A program made the position numbers and the translations under genes. From positions 3,168,001-3,232,000 of the forward strand of contig CAVXGK010000002.1 in NCBI GenBank assembly GCA_963761305.1: a stretch of DNA of 64,000 nt. The letters run 5' to 3'. The notes under the pieces were generated by a model. The model was not told where the DNA came from. It did no database searches and saw only the letters and a list, made by a program, of their open reading frames with translations. Positions 20,679 through 30,374 of the stretch are shown here, piece by piece. Origin of the DNA: an uncultured Gemmatimonadaceae bacterium. GTDB lineage: Bacteria > Gemmatimonadota > Gemmatimonadetes > Gemmatimonadales > Gemmatimonadaceae. Positions within the stretch are counted from its first letter, which is position 1, and every line of letters begins with the position of its first letter.

Positions 20679-21740
20679 ATGTCGCCCGTCGTCGACGCAA
20701 AAGCGCTTCGCGCCGCGGTCAAGGAGCGCGCGTTCGCGCCCGCATACTATTTCTACGGCGACGACGACTACCTCAAGAGCGAGGAGCTTCGCCGGCTGAT
20801 CGACGCGGCCGTCGATCCGGCGACGCGCGATTTCAACCTCGAGTTCCTGCGCGGCGCGGAAGTGGACGCCACCACGCTGGGATCGATCGCCGAGACGCCG
20901 CCGATGATGGCCGAGCGACGCGCGCTCGTCGTGCGCGACGTGAATGCGCTCAAAAAGGATGCGCGCGCCGTCCTCGACCAATACCTCGAGCGTCCGGCGG
21001 CGGACGTCTTGCTCGTGCTCGTGGCCGGCGCGGGAGTGAAGGCGGACAAGGCGCTCACATCGCGGACGTCGGCGATCGAATTCGCGCCGCTGAGCGGCGC
21101 CCGCATCCCGAAGTGGATCACGTACTACGTCGAGCACGACCTCGGTACGACGATCACGAGCTCCGCGGTGACGCTGCTGCAGGAGGCGGCGGGCACCGAG
21201 CTGGCGCAGTTGCGCGTCGAGCTCGACAAGCTGATCGCGTTCACCGGCGGCGGGGTCATCGACGATGCGGCCGTGTCGGCGGTGGTCGGCATTCGGCCGG
21301 GCGAAACGCTCGGCGATTTTCTCGACGCCGTCGCGCGCCGCGACGCGGTGGCGGCGTTGGCGATGCTCGGCACCGTCATGCAACAGCCGAAGTCGAGCGC
21401 CGTGACGACCGTGATGGCGCTCGCCGCGCAGACGCTGACCATTTCCTGGGCACAAGCAGCGCGCGAGCGCAGCGCACATCCCGGCAAGATCACCCAGGAC
21501 TTGTTCTCGCTCCTCAAGGAATCGGGATCGGTGTTCACCGGCCGTTCATGGGGGGAGTTCGTGGCAACGTGCGTTCGTGAATCCGAGCGCTGGTCTCCCG
21601 CGGCGATCGACGACGCGCTCGACGCCCTCCTCGAGGCGGACATGACGCTCAAGGAGAGCCGCGTGTCGTCCGAGGAACAGGTGCTCGCGAGTCTCGTGCT
21701 GCTGATTTGTGGCACGCGGTCCGGCCGACGCGCCGCTTGA
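20679..21740 (+). CDS. holA: DNA polymerase III delta subunit
   Basis: PAYYFYGDDDYL, RDFNLE, TPPMMAERR, ELDKL and DMTLK. Confidence 0.9.
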   Translation: MSPVVDAKALRAAVKERAFAPAYYFYGDDDYLKSEELRRLIDAAVDPATRDFNLEFLRGAEVDATTLGSIAETPPMMAERRALVVRDVNALKKDARAVLDQYLERPAADVLLVLVAGAGVKADKALTSRTSAIEFAPLSGARIPKWITYYVEHDLGTTITSSAVTLLQEAAGTELAQLRVELDKLIAFTGGGVIDDAAVSAVVGIRPGETLGDFLDAVARRDAVAALAMLGTVMQQPKSSAVTTVMALAAQTLTISWAQAARERSAHPGKITQDLFSLLKESGSVFTGRSWGEFVATCVRESERWSPAAIDDALDALLEADMTLKESRVSSEEQVLASLVLLICGTRSGRRAA

Positions 21741-21744
21741 CCGA

Positions 21745-22692
21745 ATGACGATGCGGACGCGATCGATCGTGCGGTGCATCGAAGCGGCGCTGTTTCTCGC
21801 TCTCGGAACCTCGTTGGGCGCGCAGAATGTCGCGGCCCAGGGAACGCCGGCCGTGACGCCGGCGGTGGACTCCGTCTTCGCGCGGGCGCGGCGGCTCGTG
21901 TCGAGCGGGAACGGCGCCGCGGGCCGAGTGCTCATCGACTCGATGGTCGCCGCGGCGCCTCCAGACTCGCCCACTTACGCGGAAGCGGTGTATTGGCGCG
22001 CCGCGCTCGCGGCGTCACCGGCCGACGCCGAGAAGGACTACCGGCGGCTGGTCGTCGAATACTGGTACGCGCCGCACCTCGGCGACGCGCTCGTGCAGCT
22101 CGCGCAGATGGAGAGCGCCCGCGGCGATCGTTCCGCGGCGACGGAGCATCTCGAGCGATACATGCTCGAGGCGCCGTCGCATCCGGACCGGGCGCGGAAC
22201 GGCCTCATGCTCGTGCGCCTACTCTTCGATCAGAATGACGTCCCGCGCGGTTGCGTCGCCTGGAAGCAGGCGATGAGCGCCGTGCCGTCGGGCGCCGTCG
22301 AGCTCCGAAACCAACTCAGCTACTACTCGGCTCGCTGCACGGCGAATGACGTGAGCGCAGCGTCGCGTGTGCCGGTGGGGTATCCGCCGGGAGTCACGCC
22401 ACCGGTTCCGGCGAAGGACACGAGCGCGGCGCACAGCGATTCGGCGGCATCGACCGGAAAGGCGCGCTTCACGCTCCAGGTGGCGGCGTATCAGTCGAAG
22501 ACCGACGCGACGCATCTCGTGACGAGACTCGCGGCGCGCGGCGTGACCGCGCGAGTCGTCGGGTCGGCCAAGCTCTATCGCGTTCGCGTCGGGCGGTACG
22601 ACACGCGCACGGCGGCGCTGGCCGCGCAGAAACAGCTCAGGGCCAAGAAGCTCGACGCGTTGATCACCGAGATCGGTCCGGACGACAAGTGA
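21745..22692 (+). CDS. Secreted TPR-like plus SPOR domain protein
   Basis: Signal peptide, helical repeats, C-terminal FTLQVAAY...YRVRVGRY SPOR motif. Confidence 0.85.
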   Translation: MTMRTRSIVRCIEAALFLALGTSLGAQNVAAQGTPAVTPAVDSVFARARRLVSSGNGAAGRVLIDSMVAAAPPDSPTYAEAVYWRAALAASPADAEKDYRRLVVEYWYAPHLGDALVQLAQMESARGDRSAATEHLERYMLEAPSHPDRARNGLMLVRLLFDQNDVPRGCVAWKQAMSAVPSGAVELRNQLSYYSARCTANDVSAASRVPVGYPPGVTPPVPAKDTSAAHSDSAASTGKARFTLQVAAYQSKTDATHLVTRLAARGVTARVVGSAKLYRVRVGRYDTRTAALAAQKQLRAKKLDALITEIGPDDK

Positions 22693-25322
22693 CGACGATG
22701 TCGACGGCCGCGCAGACGCCGCTCATGCAGCAGTATCGAGAGATCAAGAGTCGCCACGAGAACGCGATTCTGTTTTTTCGGATGGGCGAGTTCTATGAGA
22801 TGTTCTACGACGACGCCGAGACTGCGTCGCGCGTGCTCGGCCTCACGTTGACGTCGAGGAACAACGGCGGCGCGTCGGACGTGCCGCTGGCCGGCGTGCC
22901 GGTCAAGGCCGCCGGCGACTACGTGCGCCGTCTCGTGCAGCAGGGTTTCCGCGTCGCGATCTGCGAACAGACTGAGGATCCGAAGCAGGCGAAGGGCGTC
23001 GTGCGCCGAGAGGTCATCGAAACGGTGACGCCCGGGGTGGCGTTTTCGGACGATCTGCTCGACGGCACGAGAAACAATTTCATCTGCGCGATCCTGGTGG
23101 CCGACGAACGCCACGCGCCTGCTCGCGACGCGGCCGTCGGCGTGGCCGCCGCGGACGTGTCGACCGGCGAGGTGCGGCTGATCGACACGACGCTTGCCGA
23201 TCTCGACCCGCTGATGGCGCGGCTGACACCGCGAGAGATTCTCGTGCCTTCGGCGTCGAAGGCCCGGCTTCCGTCGTCGCGGAGCGATGCGCTCGTCACC
23301 GAACGGGAAGCGTGGGAGTTCGACGCGCCGCTCGCGCGCGAGGATCTGACGCGGCAATACAGCGTGTTGTCGCTCGACGGATTCGGGCTCGACTCGTCCG
23401 ACACACTCGTGATCGGCGCGGCGGGAGCCCTCTTCCGTTACTTGCGCGAACTGCAACCGGCTGGACTACCGCAGCTCGCGCGTCCGATCGTCGAGAGGCC
23501 GGGTGGGGCGATGCCGCTCGACGAGATGACGCGCCGGAATCTCGAGCTGGTCGAGTCACTGCGCGGCGGCGGCACCGACGGCACGCTGCTCTCGGTGCTC
23601 GACCGCACCGGCACACCGATGGGTGCGCGTCTTCTCCGGCAATGGATCCTCGCGCCGCTCACGAACCGCGCGGCGATCGAGTCGCGTCTCGACGGGGTCG
23701 CGAAATTCGTCGGCGATCCAATCGCTCGCGAAGCGATGCGAGACGCGGTGGACGACGTGCGCGACGTCGAGCGACTCGCCGCGAAGGCCGCTGCCCACCG
23801 TAGCACGCCACGCGAGCTTCGCGCACTCGGCGATTCGCTCACCGCGCTGCCGGGCGTGGCGACGGCGCTGCGACGTATCGCGAGCTCGGGGCGGCTGGCG
23901 GAGATTTCGTTGGCATGGGACGACGCCGCGGAGTTGGCGAGCCGTCTCTGCTCGGCGCTCGTGGAACGGCCGCCGCTGGCGATCGGCGACGACGCAGTCA
24001 TCGCCCCGGGCGTCGACGCGGAGCTGGACTCGTTGCGCGAGCTGCGCGACGGCGGCCGCGACGCGATCGCGCGCATCCAGTCGGACGAGCGCGCGCGGAC
24101 CGGCATCCCGTCGCTCAAGGTCGGATTCAACAAAGTCTTCGGTTACTACATCGAAGTCACGAATTCCAACCTGTCTCTCGTGCCCGCCGACTATCAGCGC
24201 CGGCAGACGATAACGTCGGGCGAACGGTTCGTGACGCCGGCGCTGAAGGAGCACGAGGAGCGGGTCCTGACCGCGGCGGAGCGCATCGAGTCGCGCGAGC
24301 GCGAGCTCTTCGACCGGCTCCGCGGCGAGGCGGGCCTCGAGATTGCGCGATTGCAGGAGATCGCGCGTCGCGTCGCGGAGCTCGACGTACTCGGGACGCT
24401 CGCCGACGTCGCGGCGCGCGAAGGCTATGTGCGGCCGACGATCGTCGACGATTTCACGCTCGACATCACAGCCGGCCGCCACCCGGTGGTCGAGCGGATG
24501 ATGCCACGCGACAAGTTCATTCCGAACGACCTGCGGCTCGTCGAGGATGCGCGCGTGATCATCCTCACGGGACCGAACATGGCCGGCAAGTCGACCGTGC
24601 TGCGCCAGATCGGACTGATCGTGTTGATGGCGCAGGCGGGAAGCTTCGTTCCGGCGTCGGCGGCACGCATCGGTGTCGTGGATCGGATTTTCACACGTGT
24701 CGGAGCGAGCGACAATCTCGTGCGCGGGCAGTCGACGTTCATGGTGGAGATGAGCGAGACGAGCGCGATCCTGCATACGGCGACCGCGCACAGCCTCGTG
24801 CTCTTGGACGAGATCGGGCGCGGCACGGCGACGTACGACGGCGTGTCGATCGCATGGGCGGTCACGGAGCACCTGCACAACGCGATTCGCTGCAAGACCG
24901 TGTTCGCGACGCACTACCATGAATTGACGCAGCTTTCCGACGAGCTCGACGCGCTCCGCAACTTCAACGTCGCGGTGCGTGAAGCCGGCGAGCAGATCCT
25001 GTTCTTGCACCGGCTCGAGCCCGGTGGCGCCGACCGATCGTACGGGATCGAGGTCGGGCGGCTCGCCGGGTTACCGAACGACGTGATCCAGCGCGCGCGA
25101 CGCGTGCTGGCCCTGCTCGAAGGGGAGCAACTGGTGCGCGGGCTCGATCCGTCCGTCAACGTGCGACGGGAGCGCGTCGTCGCAGCCACCGACCAGCTCG
25201 GCCTTTTCGCCGCGCCGCCGCATCCGGTCGTACATCAGCTCGCCCGAATCGACGCGAACACGCTCACACCGATCGAAGCGCTCTCGCTCCTGGCGAAGCT
25301 GGCCGACGAAGCCAGACGGTAG
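22689..25322 (+). CDS. mutS: DNA mismatch repair protein MutS
   Basis: TPLMQQY, FRMGEFYEMF, GPNMAGKST, DEIGRGT, FATHYHEL and SYGIEV. Confidence 0.98.
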   Translation: MTTMSTAAQTPLMQQYREIKSRHENAILFFRMGEFYEMFYDDAETASRVLGLTLTSRNNGGASDVPLAGVPVKAAGDYVRRLVQQGFRVAICEQTEDPKQAKGVVRREVIETVTPGVAFSDDLLDGTRNNFICAILVADERHAPARDAAVGVAAADVSTGEVRLIDTTLADLDPLMARLTPREILVPSASKARLPSSRSDALVTEREAWEFDAPLAREDLTRQYSVLSLDGFGLDSSDTLVIGAAGALFRYLRELQPAGLPQLARPIVERPGGAMPLDEMTRRNLELVESLRGGGTDGTLLSVLDRTGTPMGARLLRQWILAPLTNRAAIESRLDGVAKFVGDPIAREAMRDAVDDVRDVERLAAKAAAHRSTPRELRALGDSLTALPGVATALRRIASSGRLAEISLAWDDAAELASRLCSALVERPPLAIGDDAVIAPGVDAELDSLRELRDGGRDAIARIQSDERARTGIPSLKVGFNKVFGYYIEVTNSNLSLVPADYQRRQTITSGERFVTPALKEHEERVLTAAERIESRERELFDRLRGEAGLEIARLQEIARRVAELDVLGTLADVAAREGYVRPTIVDDFTLDITAGRHPVVERMMPRDKFIPNDLRLVEDARVIILTGPNMAGKSTVLRQIGLIVLMAQAGSFVPASAARIGVVDRIFTRVGASDNLVRGQSTFMVEMSETSAILHTATAHSLVLLDEIGRGTATYDGVSIAWAVTEHLHNAIRCKTVFATHYHELTQLSDELDALRNFNVAVREAGEQILFLHRLEPGGADRSYGIEVGRLAGLPNDVIQRARRVLALLEGEQLVRGLDPSVNVRRERVVAATDQLGLFAAPPHPVVHQLARIDANTLTPIEALSLLAKLADEARR

Positions 25323-25405
25323 CGGCGGTACAACGCGACGTCGCACCGCGCGCGTCGCGCGCCCTTCAGGGCGGTCATAGATTGGACCTCGCCACATCCA
25401 CGCCG

Positions 25406-26824
25406 ATGTCCATCTCTCCTTCCGCTGCGCCACGGCACACAACTCCGTACGACAATGTGCTCGGCCTCATCGGCTGGACACCGCTGATTCGTTTGAGCCG
25501 TGTGACGCGTGGCATCCGGACGCCGGTCTTCGCGAAGGCGGAGTTTTTCAATCCGGGTGGATCGCTCAAGGACCGCATCGGAGGGCCGATCATCGAGCGC
25601 GCCGAGCGCGAAGGAAAGCTCAAGCCCGGCGGCACGATCGTCGAAGGGACGAGCGGGAACACGGGAATCGGCCTCGCGCTCGCCGCGGCGTTCAAGGGCT
25701 ACAAGTGCGTGTTCACGATGCCGGACAAGATGTCGCAGGAGAAGGTCCGGCTGCTCAAAGCGTTTGGCGCCGAGGTGATCGTGACGCCGACGGCGGTGCC
25801 GCCGGATCATCCGGACAACTACGTGATGATGGCGAAGCGCATCGCCAGCGAAACGCCGAACGCGATTCTGGCCAATCAGTTCTACAACGACGCGAACTCG
25901 CAGGCACACTACGACACGACGGGCCCGGAGATCTGGGAACAGACGCAGGGGAAGATCACGCACTTCGTGTTCGCCGCGGGCACGGGCGGCACGATCACCG
26001 GGGTGGGTCGCTATCTCAAGGAAAAGAATCCGGCGATTCAGGTCATCGCCGGCGATCCGGTCGGCTCGATTCTCTGCGACATGTGGCGGTCAAAAGGCGA
26101 GAACAAGCCGGAGGGCGTGCCGTACAAGGTCGAGGGAATCGGACAGGACAAGGTTCCCGGGACGCTCGATATGGGTGTGATCGACGACTTCATGACGGTG
26201 AACGACAAGGAGTCGTTCGCGATGGCGCGACGGCTCACGCGGGAAGAAGGTCTGTTCGTCGGCGGGTCGAGCGGGCTCGTGGTGCAGGTGGCACTGCATG
26301 TCGCGCGACGCCTTGACGATCCCAGCGCGCTGATCGTCGTTCCGCTGCCCGACACCGGCGAACGGTATCTCTCCAAGCTGTACAACGACGAGTGGATGCG
26401 TGAGAACCAACTGCTCGACGCCGACCGCACGACGCTCGCGTTCGTCCTCGAGGCGAAGGCGCAGACGGGTGGCGACACGCCAGTGGTCGTGAGCGTGCCG
26501 CCGGGATCGACCGTCCGTCAGGCGCTCAAGCTCATGGCCCTGCACGACGTGTCGCAGCTCCCGGTGATGGATGGGGCGAACTGCGTCGGGTCGGTGAGCG
26601 ATTGGTCGTTGTCGGCGAAGAGTCTCGACAACACAAAATTGCTCGATTCCACAGTGAGCGAAGTGATGGACCCGCCGTTTCCGGTCGTGGACGTGGCGCA
26701 GCCGGTGGACAACGTGGCCAAGCTTCTCTCCAAGTCGAATCCCGCGGTGCTCGTCAGGTCCAACGGCACCGTTCGAGGCATCGTGACGCGCTCGGACATG
26801 CTCAACTATCTCATGGCGCGATGA
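25406..26824 (+). CDS. Cystathionine beta-synthase (PLP domain plus CBS pair)
   Basis: NPGGSLKDR, TSGNTG, GTGGT and C-terminal CBS domains. Confidence 0.9.
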   Translation: MSISPSAAPRHTTPYDNVLGLIGWTPLIRLSRVTRGIRTPVFAKAEFFNPGGSLKDRIGGPIIERAEREGKLKPGGTIVEGTSGNTGIGLALAAAFKGYKCVFTMPDKMSQEKVRLLKAFGAEVIVTPTAVPPDHPDNYVMMAKRIASETPNAILANQFYNDANSQAHYDTTGPEIWEQTQGKITHFVFAAGTGGTITGVGRYLKEKNPAIQVIAGDPVGSILCDMWRSKGENKPEGVPYKVEGIGQDKVPGTLDMGVIDDFMTVNDKESFAMARRLTREEGLFVGGSSGLVVQVALHVARRLDDPSALIVVPLPDTGERYLSKLYNDEWMRENQLLDADRTTLAFVLEAKAQTGGDTPVVVSVPPGSTVRQALKLMALHDVSQLPVMDGANCVGSVSDWSLSAKSLDNTKLLDSTVSEVMDPPFPVVDVAQPVDNVAKLLSKSNPAVLVRSNGTVRGIVTRSDMLNYLMAR

Positions 26825-27900
26825 CGGGTGGACGGGGGGAGGGGGAAGGGGACCGCCTCCACATCATGGTGCTCATGGGCGGCACGTCGTCAGAACGTGA
26901 CGTGTCGCTGGCCAGCGGCATTCGCGTCGCCGAAGCGCTGCGGTCGTTGGGGCATCGGGTGACGGCAGTCGATCCGGCGCGCGGCGAGATCAGCGGCGAC
27001 GAACAACGCGCGCTGGCTTCGGGGACCGTCGTTCGCGTCGCGCCGCCGTCGCAGGAATCGCTGCGCCAAATGGCGCGCGAGGCGTTGCCGCGTCTGGCGT
27101 CGAACCTCCCGCGCCGCGGCGACGCCGACGTCGTCTTTCTGGGGCTGCACGGCGGCAGCGGTGAAGACGGGACGATCCAGGCGATGCTCGAACTCACTGG
27201 CGTGCCGTTCACGGGAAGCCACACCCTGGCCAGCGCATTGGCGATGGACAAGGATCTTTCCAAGGTCCTGTTCCGCCAGGCGGGCGTGACGACCGCGGAC
27301 TGGCTCATGGCCCCGGCGTCGCCGGCCGACGTCCGGTCGAAAATTGGCTACCCGGCGATCGTAAAGCCCTCAAAACAGGGATCCACGGTAGGCCTGAGCG
27401 TCGTCAACGAGCCGGCTGGCCTCCAGGCCGCGATCGACGAGGCGTTCGACTTCGACGACGAAGTAATGATCGAGAGGTTCATTCCCGGCCGAGAGCTCAC
27501 GGTCGGGATTCTCGGCGGCGAAGCACTTCCGGTTGGAGAAATCATCCCGAGGCACGAGATTTACGACTACGAGTGCAAGTACACCGCGGGCATGGCCGAG
27601 GAGCGATTTCCGGCGGAGCTCACGGCTGACGAGACGGCGCGTATTCAGGATCAAGCACGAGAGGCGTTCGCCGCGCTCAAGCTCCGCGGGTACGCGCGCA
27701 TCGATTTTCGCATGGCGAGCGACAGCACGTTTTATTGTCTCGAGGCGAACACGCTCCCCGGAATGACGAATACGAGCCTCATACCGCAGGCAGCCGCGGC
27801 GGCGGGAATCACATTTCCGGCGCTGTGCGAGCGTATCGTGCACCTCGCACTCGAGGCGCACGACGGCTCGGCCTCGGCGCGGGGTGGAGGACCATCGTGA
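26821..27900 (+). CDS. ddl: D-alanine--D-alanine ligase
   Basis: MGGTSSERDVSL, LHGGSGEDG, YDYECKY and EANTLPGMT. Confidence 0.96.
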   Translation: MTGGRGEGEGDRLHIMVLMGGTSSERDVSLASGIRVAEALRSLGHRVTAVDPARGEISGDEQRALASGTVVRVAPPSQESLRQMAREALPRLASNLPRRGDADVVFLGLHGGSGEDGTIQAMLELTGVPFTGSHTLASALAMDKDLSKVLFRQAGVTTADWLMAPASPADVRSKIGYPAIVKPSKQGSTVGLSVVNEPAGLQAAIDEAFDFDDEVMIERFIPGRELTVGILGGEALPVGEIIPRHEIYDYECKYTAGMAEERFPAELTADETARIQDQAREAFAALKLRGYARIDFRMASDSTFYCLEANTLPGMTNTSLIPQAAAAAGITFPALCERIVHLALEAHDGSASARGGGPS

Positions 27901-28553
27901 ACCGGCCCTCTATTCCAACGGCCGCGCTCGCGGGCGTGCCGGCCGGTCTTCAGGCGCAGGGCGTCTGGATCGGCCATCGCCAACTTTTTGTGCGATTCGC
28001 CGCGGAAGCCGAGACGGCGACGATGTACACTGCGGACGCTCTGGCGTCGGAGATCCGGCGCTCGACGTCACGATCGGCGTTTCATTCGATCTCCATCACG
28101 GGCCGCGATCCTCTGGCAAACGTGGAATATCTCTGCGACGCGTTCAGCCGAGTGGAAAGTCCGTTGCCCGTGATGCTCGATTGCGATGGGCAGCGGCCGG
28201 AGGAAATCAGGGAATTGCGGAAGTTCATACGTCTGGTACAGGTCACGCTCGATGGCGCCGCGGTGGAGTCGGCGCACGAGCGCGCGTTCGAATCGCTCGC
28301 CGCGGCCGCGGCCTCGGACATGCAACATGCGTTAGTACTCAACGCCGATGGGCACTGGACCGACGCCCACATGTTGCGCGTCGTGGAACGTGCGCACGAG
28401 ACGAGCGGAGCCACAGCGGTCGTCATCCATCCGAGCGCCGCGACCCCGGTCGACAAGGACCGGCGATGGACGACGTTGTTCGAGCGCGCAGCCGCACTCC
28501 ACGGTAACGTTCGTCTTCTGCTCAGGCTCCCGCCGCCGACGGGAATGCGTTGA
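27897..28553 (+). CDS. Degenerate QueE-like (radical SAM fold) protein lacking CxxxCxxC
   Basis: LQAQGVWIGHRQLFVRFA and HSISITGRDPL resemble the QueE QGEG...RQIFVRF and SLTGGEP motifs, but there is no Cys cluster; GTGA overlap with ddl. Confidence 0.7.
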   Translation: MNRPSIPTAALAGVPAGLQAQGVWIGHRQLFVRFAAEAETATMYTADALASEIRRSTSRSAFHSISITGRDPLANVEYLCDAFSRVESPLPVMLDCDGQRPEEIRELRKFIRLVQVTLDGAAVESAHERAFESLAAAAASDMQHALVLNADGHWTDAHMLRVVERAHETSGATAVVIHPSAATPVDKDRRWTTLFERAAALHGNVRLLLRLPPPTGMR

Positions 28554-28655
28554 GGCCGTCGTCGCTCGAAACCACAGCCAATTGCAGGTGACCGGAACAG
28601 CCCGTCCTTAGTCGTTTAGTAAAATAGAGATCAACCCCGTTCTTTCGAAGCGAAC

Positions 28656-29633
28656 ATGTCGTCGCCCGCGGTAACACCGGAATCCGAGCAGTTCAGGCTG
28701 ACGCCCGCCGTCCAGGCGATCATTGCGCTCAACCTGTTGGTGATGTTGGCGCAGACGGCCGTCGGATATCCGGACATGCGGGCGTGGCTCGCGTTCGACA
28801 CGGCCGGGTTCCCTGGCCACTGGTGGACCCCGGTCACGTACATGTTCGTTCACTCGGGGCTGAGTCCGCTCCTGGTGAACGCATACGCGCTCTATTTGTT
28901 CGGTCCGCGCGTCGAGCGGCAGTGGGGAACGCCGGCCACGGGTGAGAGCTCACGACCGTCGTCGTGGAGCAGCGCGTCGCGGCGGTTTGCCGGATTCTAT
29001 CTCTTGTGCGGTCTCGGTGGCGTCGCATTCCAGCTTCTGTTCTTCCGGAGCGGAGCGCTCGCCGGCGCATCCGCAGCCGTCTTCGGAATCATGACGGCGT
29101 ACGCGATGCAGTGGCCGGACGACGAAGTGATGTTCCTCTTCGTCTTCCCCGTGCGTGCGCGAGCCCTGGTCGTCGGCCTCCTCGTGTTCAACGTCGTGAT
29201 GGGGGTGGCAGGCGCTGACTCGGGAACCGCCGCCGCGGCCGGAACCAACATCGCGTACTTCGCGCATCTCGGCGGGGTGTTCGCGGCGTACGTGTACATG
29301 CGCATGGCGACCACGACGCCGAGCATGGACCAAGTGCGGCAGCGCGTGGCCAACATTCCCGAAGCCGATGAACCGCCGCGCGCCATTCCACGCAATCCGC
29401 CGCGTCGTGAGCGCGGCGACGAAGTCGACGACGTCGTGGCGAAGAGCAAGGCGACGATCGCCAAGCGAGTCGTCGCGGCGTCGCCGCCGTCGCCGCGCCG
29501 CGCCGAGGCGCGTGCCGACGAACTCGATCGCGTGCTCGACAAGATTTCCCAGCAGGGCATCGACAGCCTGACATCGGACGAGCGCAACGTGCTCGAAGAG
29601 ATGTCGAAGCGACTCCGCGGCCGCGAGCTCTGA
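28656..29633 (+). CDS. Rhomboid intramembrane serine protease with a C-terminal soluble extension
   Basis: TYMFVH, GASA catalytic Ser, AHLGG catalytic His; C-terminal LDRVLDKISQQGIDSLT. Confidence 0.9.
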   Translation: MSSPAVTPESEQFRLTPAVQAIIALNLLVMLAQTAVGYPDMRAWLAFDTAGFPGHWWTPVTYMFVHSGLSPLLVNAYALYLFGPRVERQWGTPATGESSRPSSWSSASRRFAGFYLLCGLGGVAFQLLFFRSGALAGASAAVFGIMTAYAMQWPDDEVMFLFVFPVRARALVVGLLVFNVVMGVAGADSGTAAAAGTNIAYFAHLGGVFAAYVYMRMATTTPSMDQVRQRVANIPEADEPPRAIPRNPPRRERGDEVDDVVAKSKATIAKRVVAASPPSPRRAEARADELDRVLDKISQQGIDSLTSDERNVLEEMSKRLRGREL

Positions 29634-29768
29634 TCTTTCTCCATCAGCACCTTCAGCAATCGCCCCTGGGCTGATGCTGCTGCTTGATGCTGATGCTGAC
29701 GGCTAGAGTCTCCGCTCTGCGCACCAGACGCCATCAGTGCGCACGCCAGCCACCACACGCCACTACTG

Positions 29769-29801
29769 AAAGAAAGAGCCCCCCGGGATGTCCCGGGGGG
29801 C
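29769..29801 (-). terminator. Minus-strand intrinsic terminator with no adjacent minus-strand CDS
   Basis: GCCCCCCGGG-ACAT-CCCGGGGGGC followed by TCTTTCTTT on the minus strand. Confidence 0.65.
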
Positions 29802-29972
29802 GATGCCGCCACGCCGTTCTCGCGGCGGCGATGACCAGCGCATAGCGCCGGCCCAGTGCCAATATGCGCCGCGCTACTCGGCGGCGCTAGACAAGATTGT
29901 TTCCACGTCGATGTCGTGACTCAAGCAATGCATGATTTGCACCGGGACGCCGGTCGCGTGCATTCTTTGCCC

Positions 29973-30374
29973 ATGCCACGCGCCGATCTGCTCGAAACGT
30001 TTCCCAATCCGTACCCCGATCGACACTACGAGATCGCCATGGAGTGCGCCGAGTTCACCGCGCTCTGCCCGCTCGGCGGAGTCGAGACGGACGCATCGGA
30101 GCTCGAGGCGCTCAAGGGCGGCGCTCCGGACTTTGGGACGATCCGCATCACGTATGTTCCGCGCGACGCGTGTCTCGAGCTCAAGAGCCTCAAGCTCTAC
30201 CTCTGGAGCTTTCGCAACGACGGCATCTTCTACGAGCGCGCCGTGAACCGGATCCTGGACGACCTCTCACAGGCCGCTAAACCACGGTGGATGGAGGTGG
30301 TGGGTGACTTCAACGTTCGCGGCGGAATCAAGTCCGTCATCACGGCTCACGTCGGCGCGCGCGCCGATGCGTAA
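29973..30374 (+). CDS. queF: preQ0 (7-cyano-7-deazaguanine) reductase, unimodular, with a loop insertion
   Basis: EFTALCP...PDFG, QueF motif ELKSLKLY and FNVRGGI. Confidence 0.92.
   Translation: MPRADLLETFPNPYPDRHYEIAMECAEFTALCPLGGVETDASELEALKGGAPDFGTIRITYVPRDACLELKSLKLYLWSFRNDGIFYERAVNRILDDLSQAAKPRWMEVVGDFNVRGGIKSVITAHVGARADA

Noticed and set aside
29642..29700. CATCAGCA / (GCTGAT)n short repeats after the rhomboid gene
   Set aside because: Too short and degenerate to assign; probably a weak hairpin
29860..29972. preQ1 riboswitch upstream of queF
   Set aside because: No recognisable preQ1 aptamer or A-rich tail
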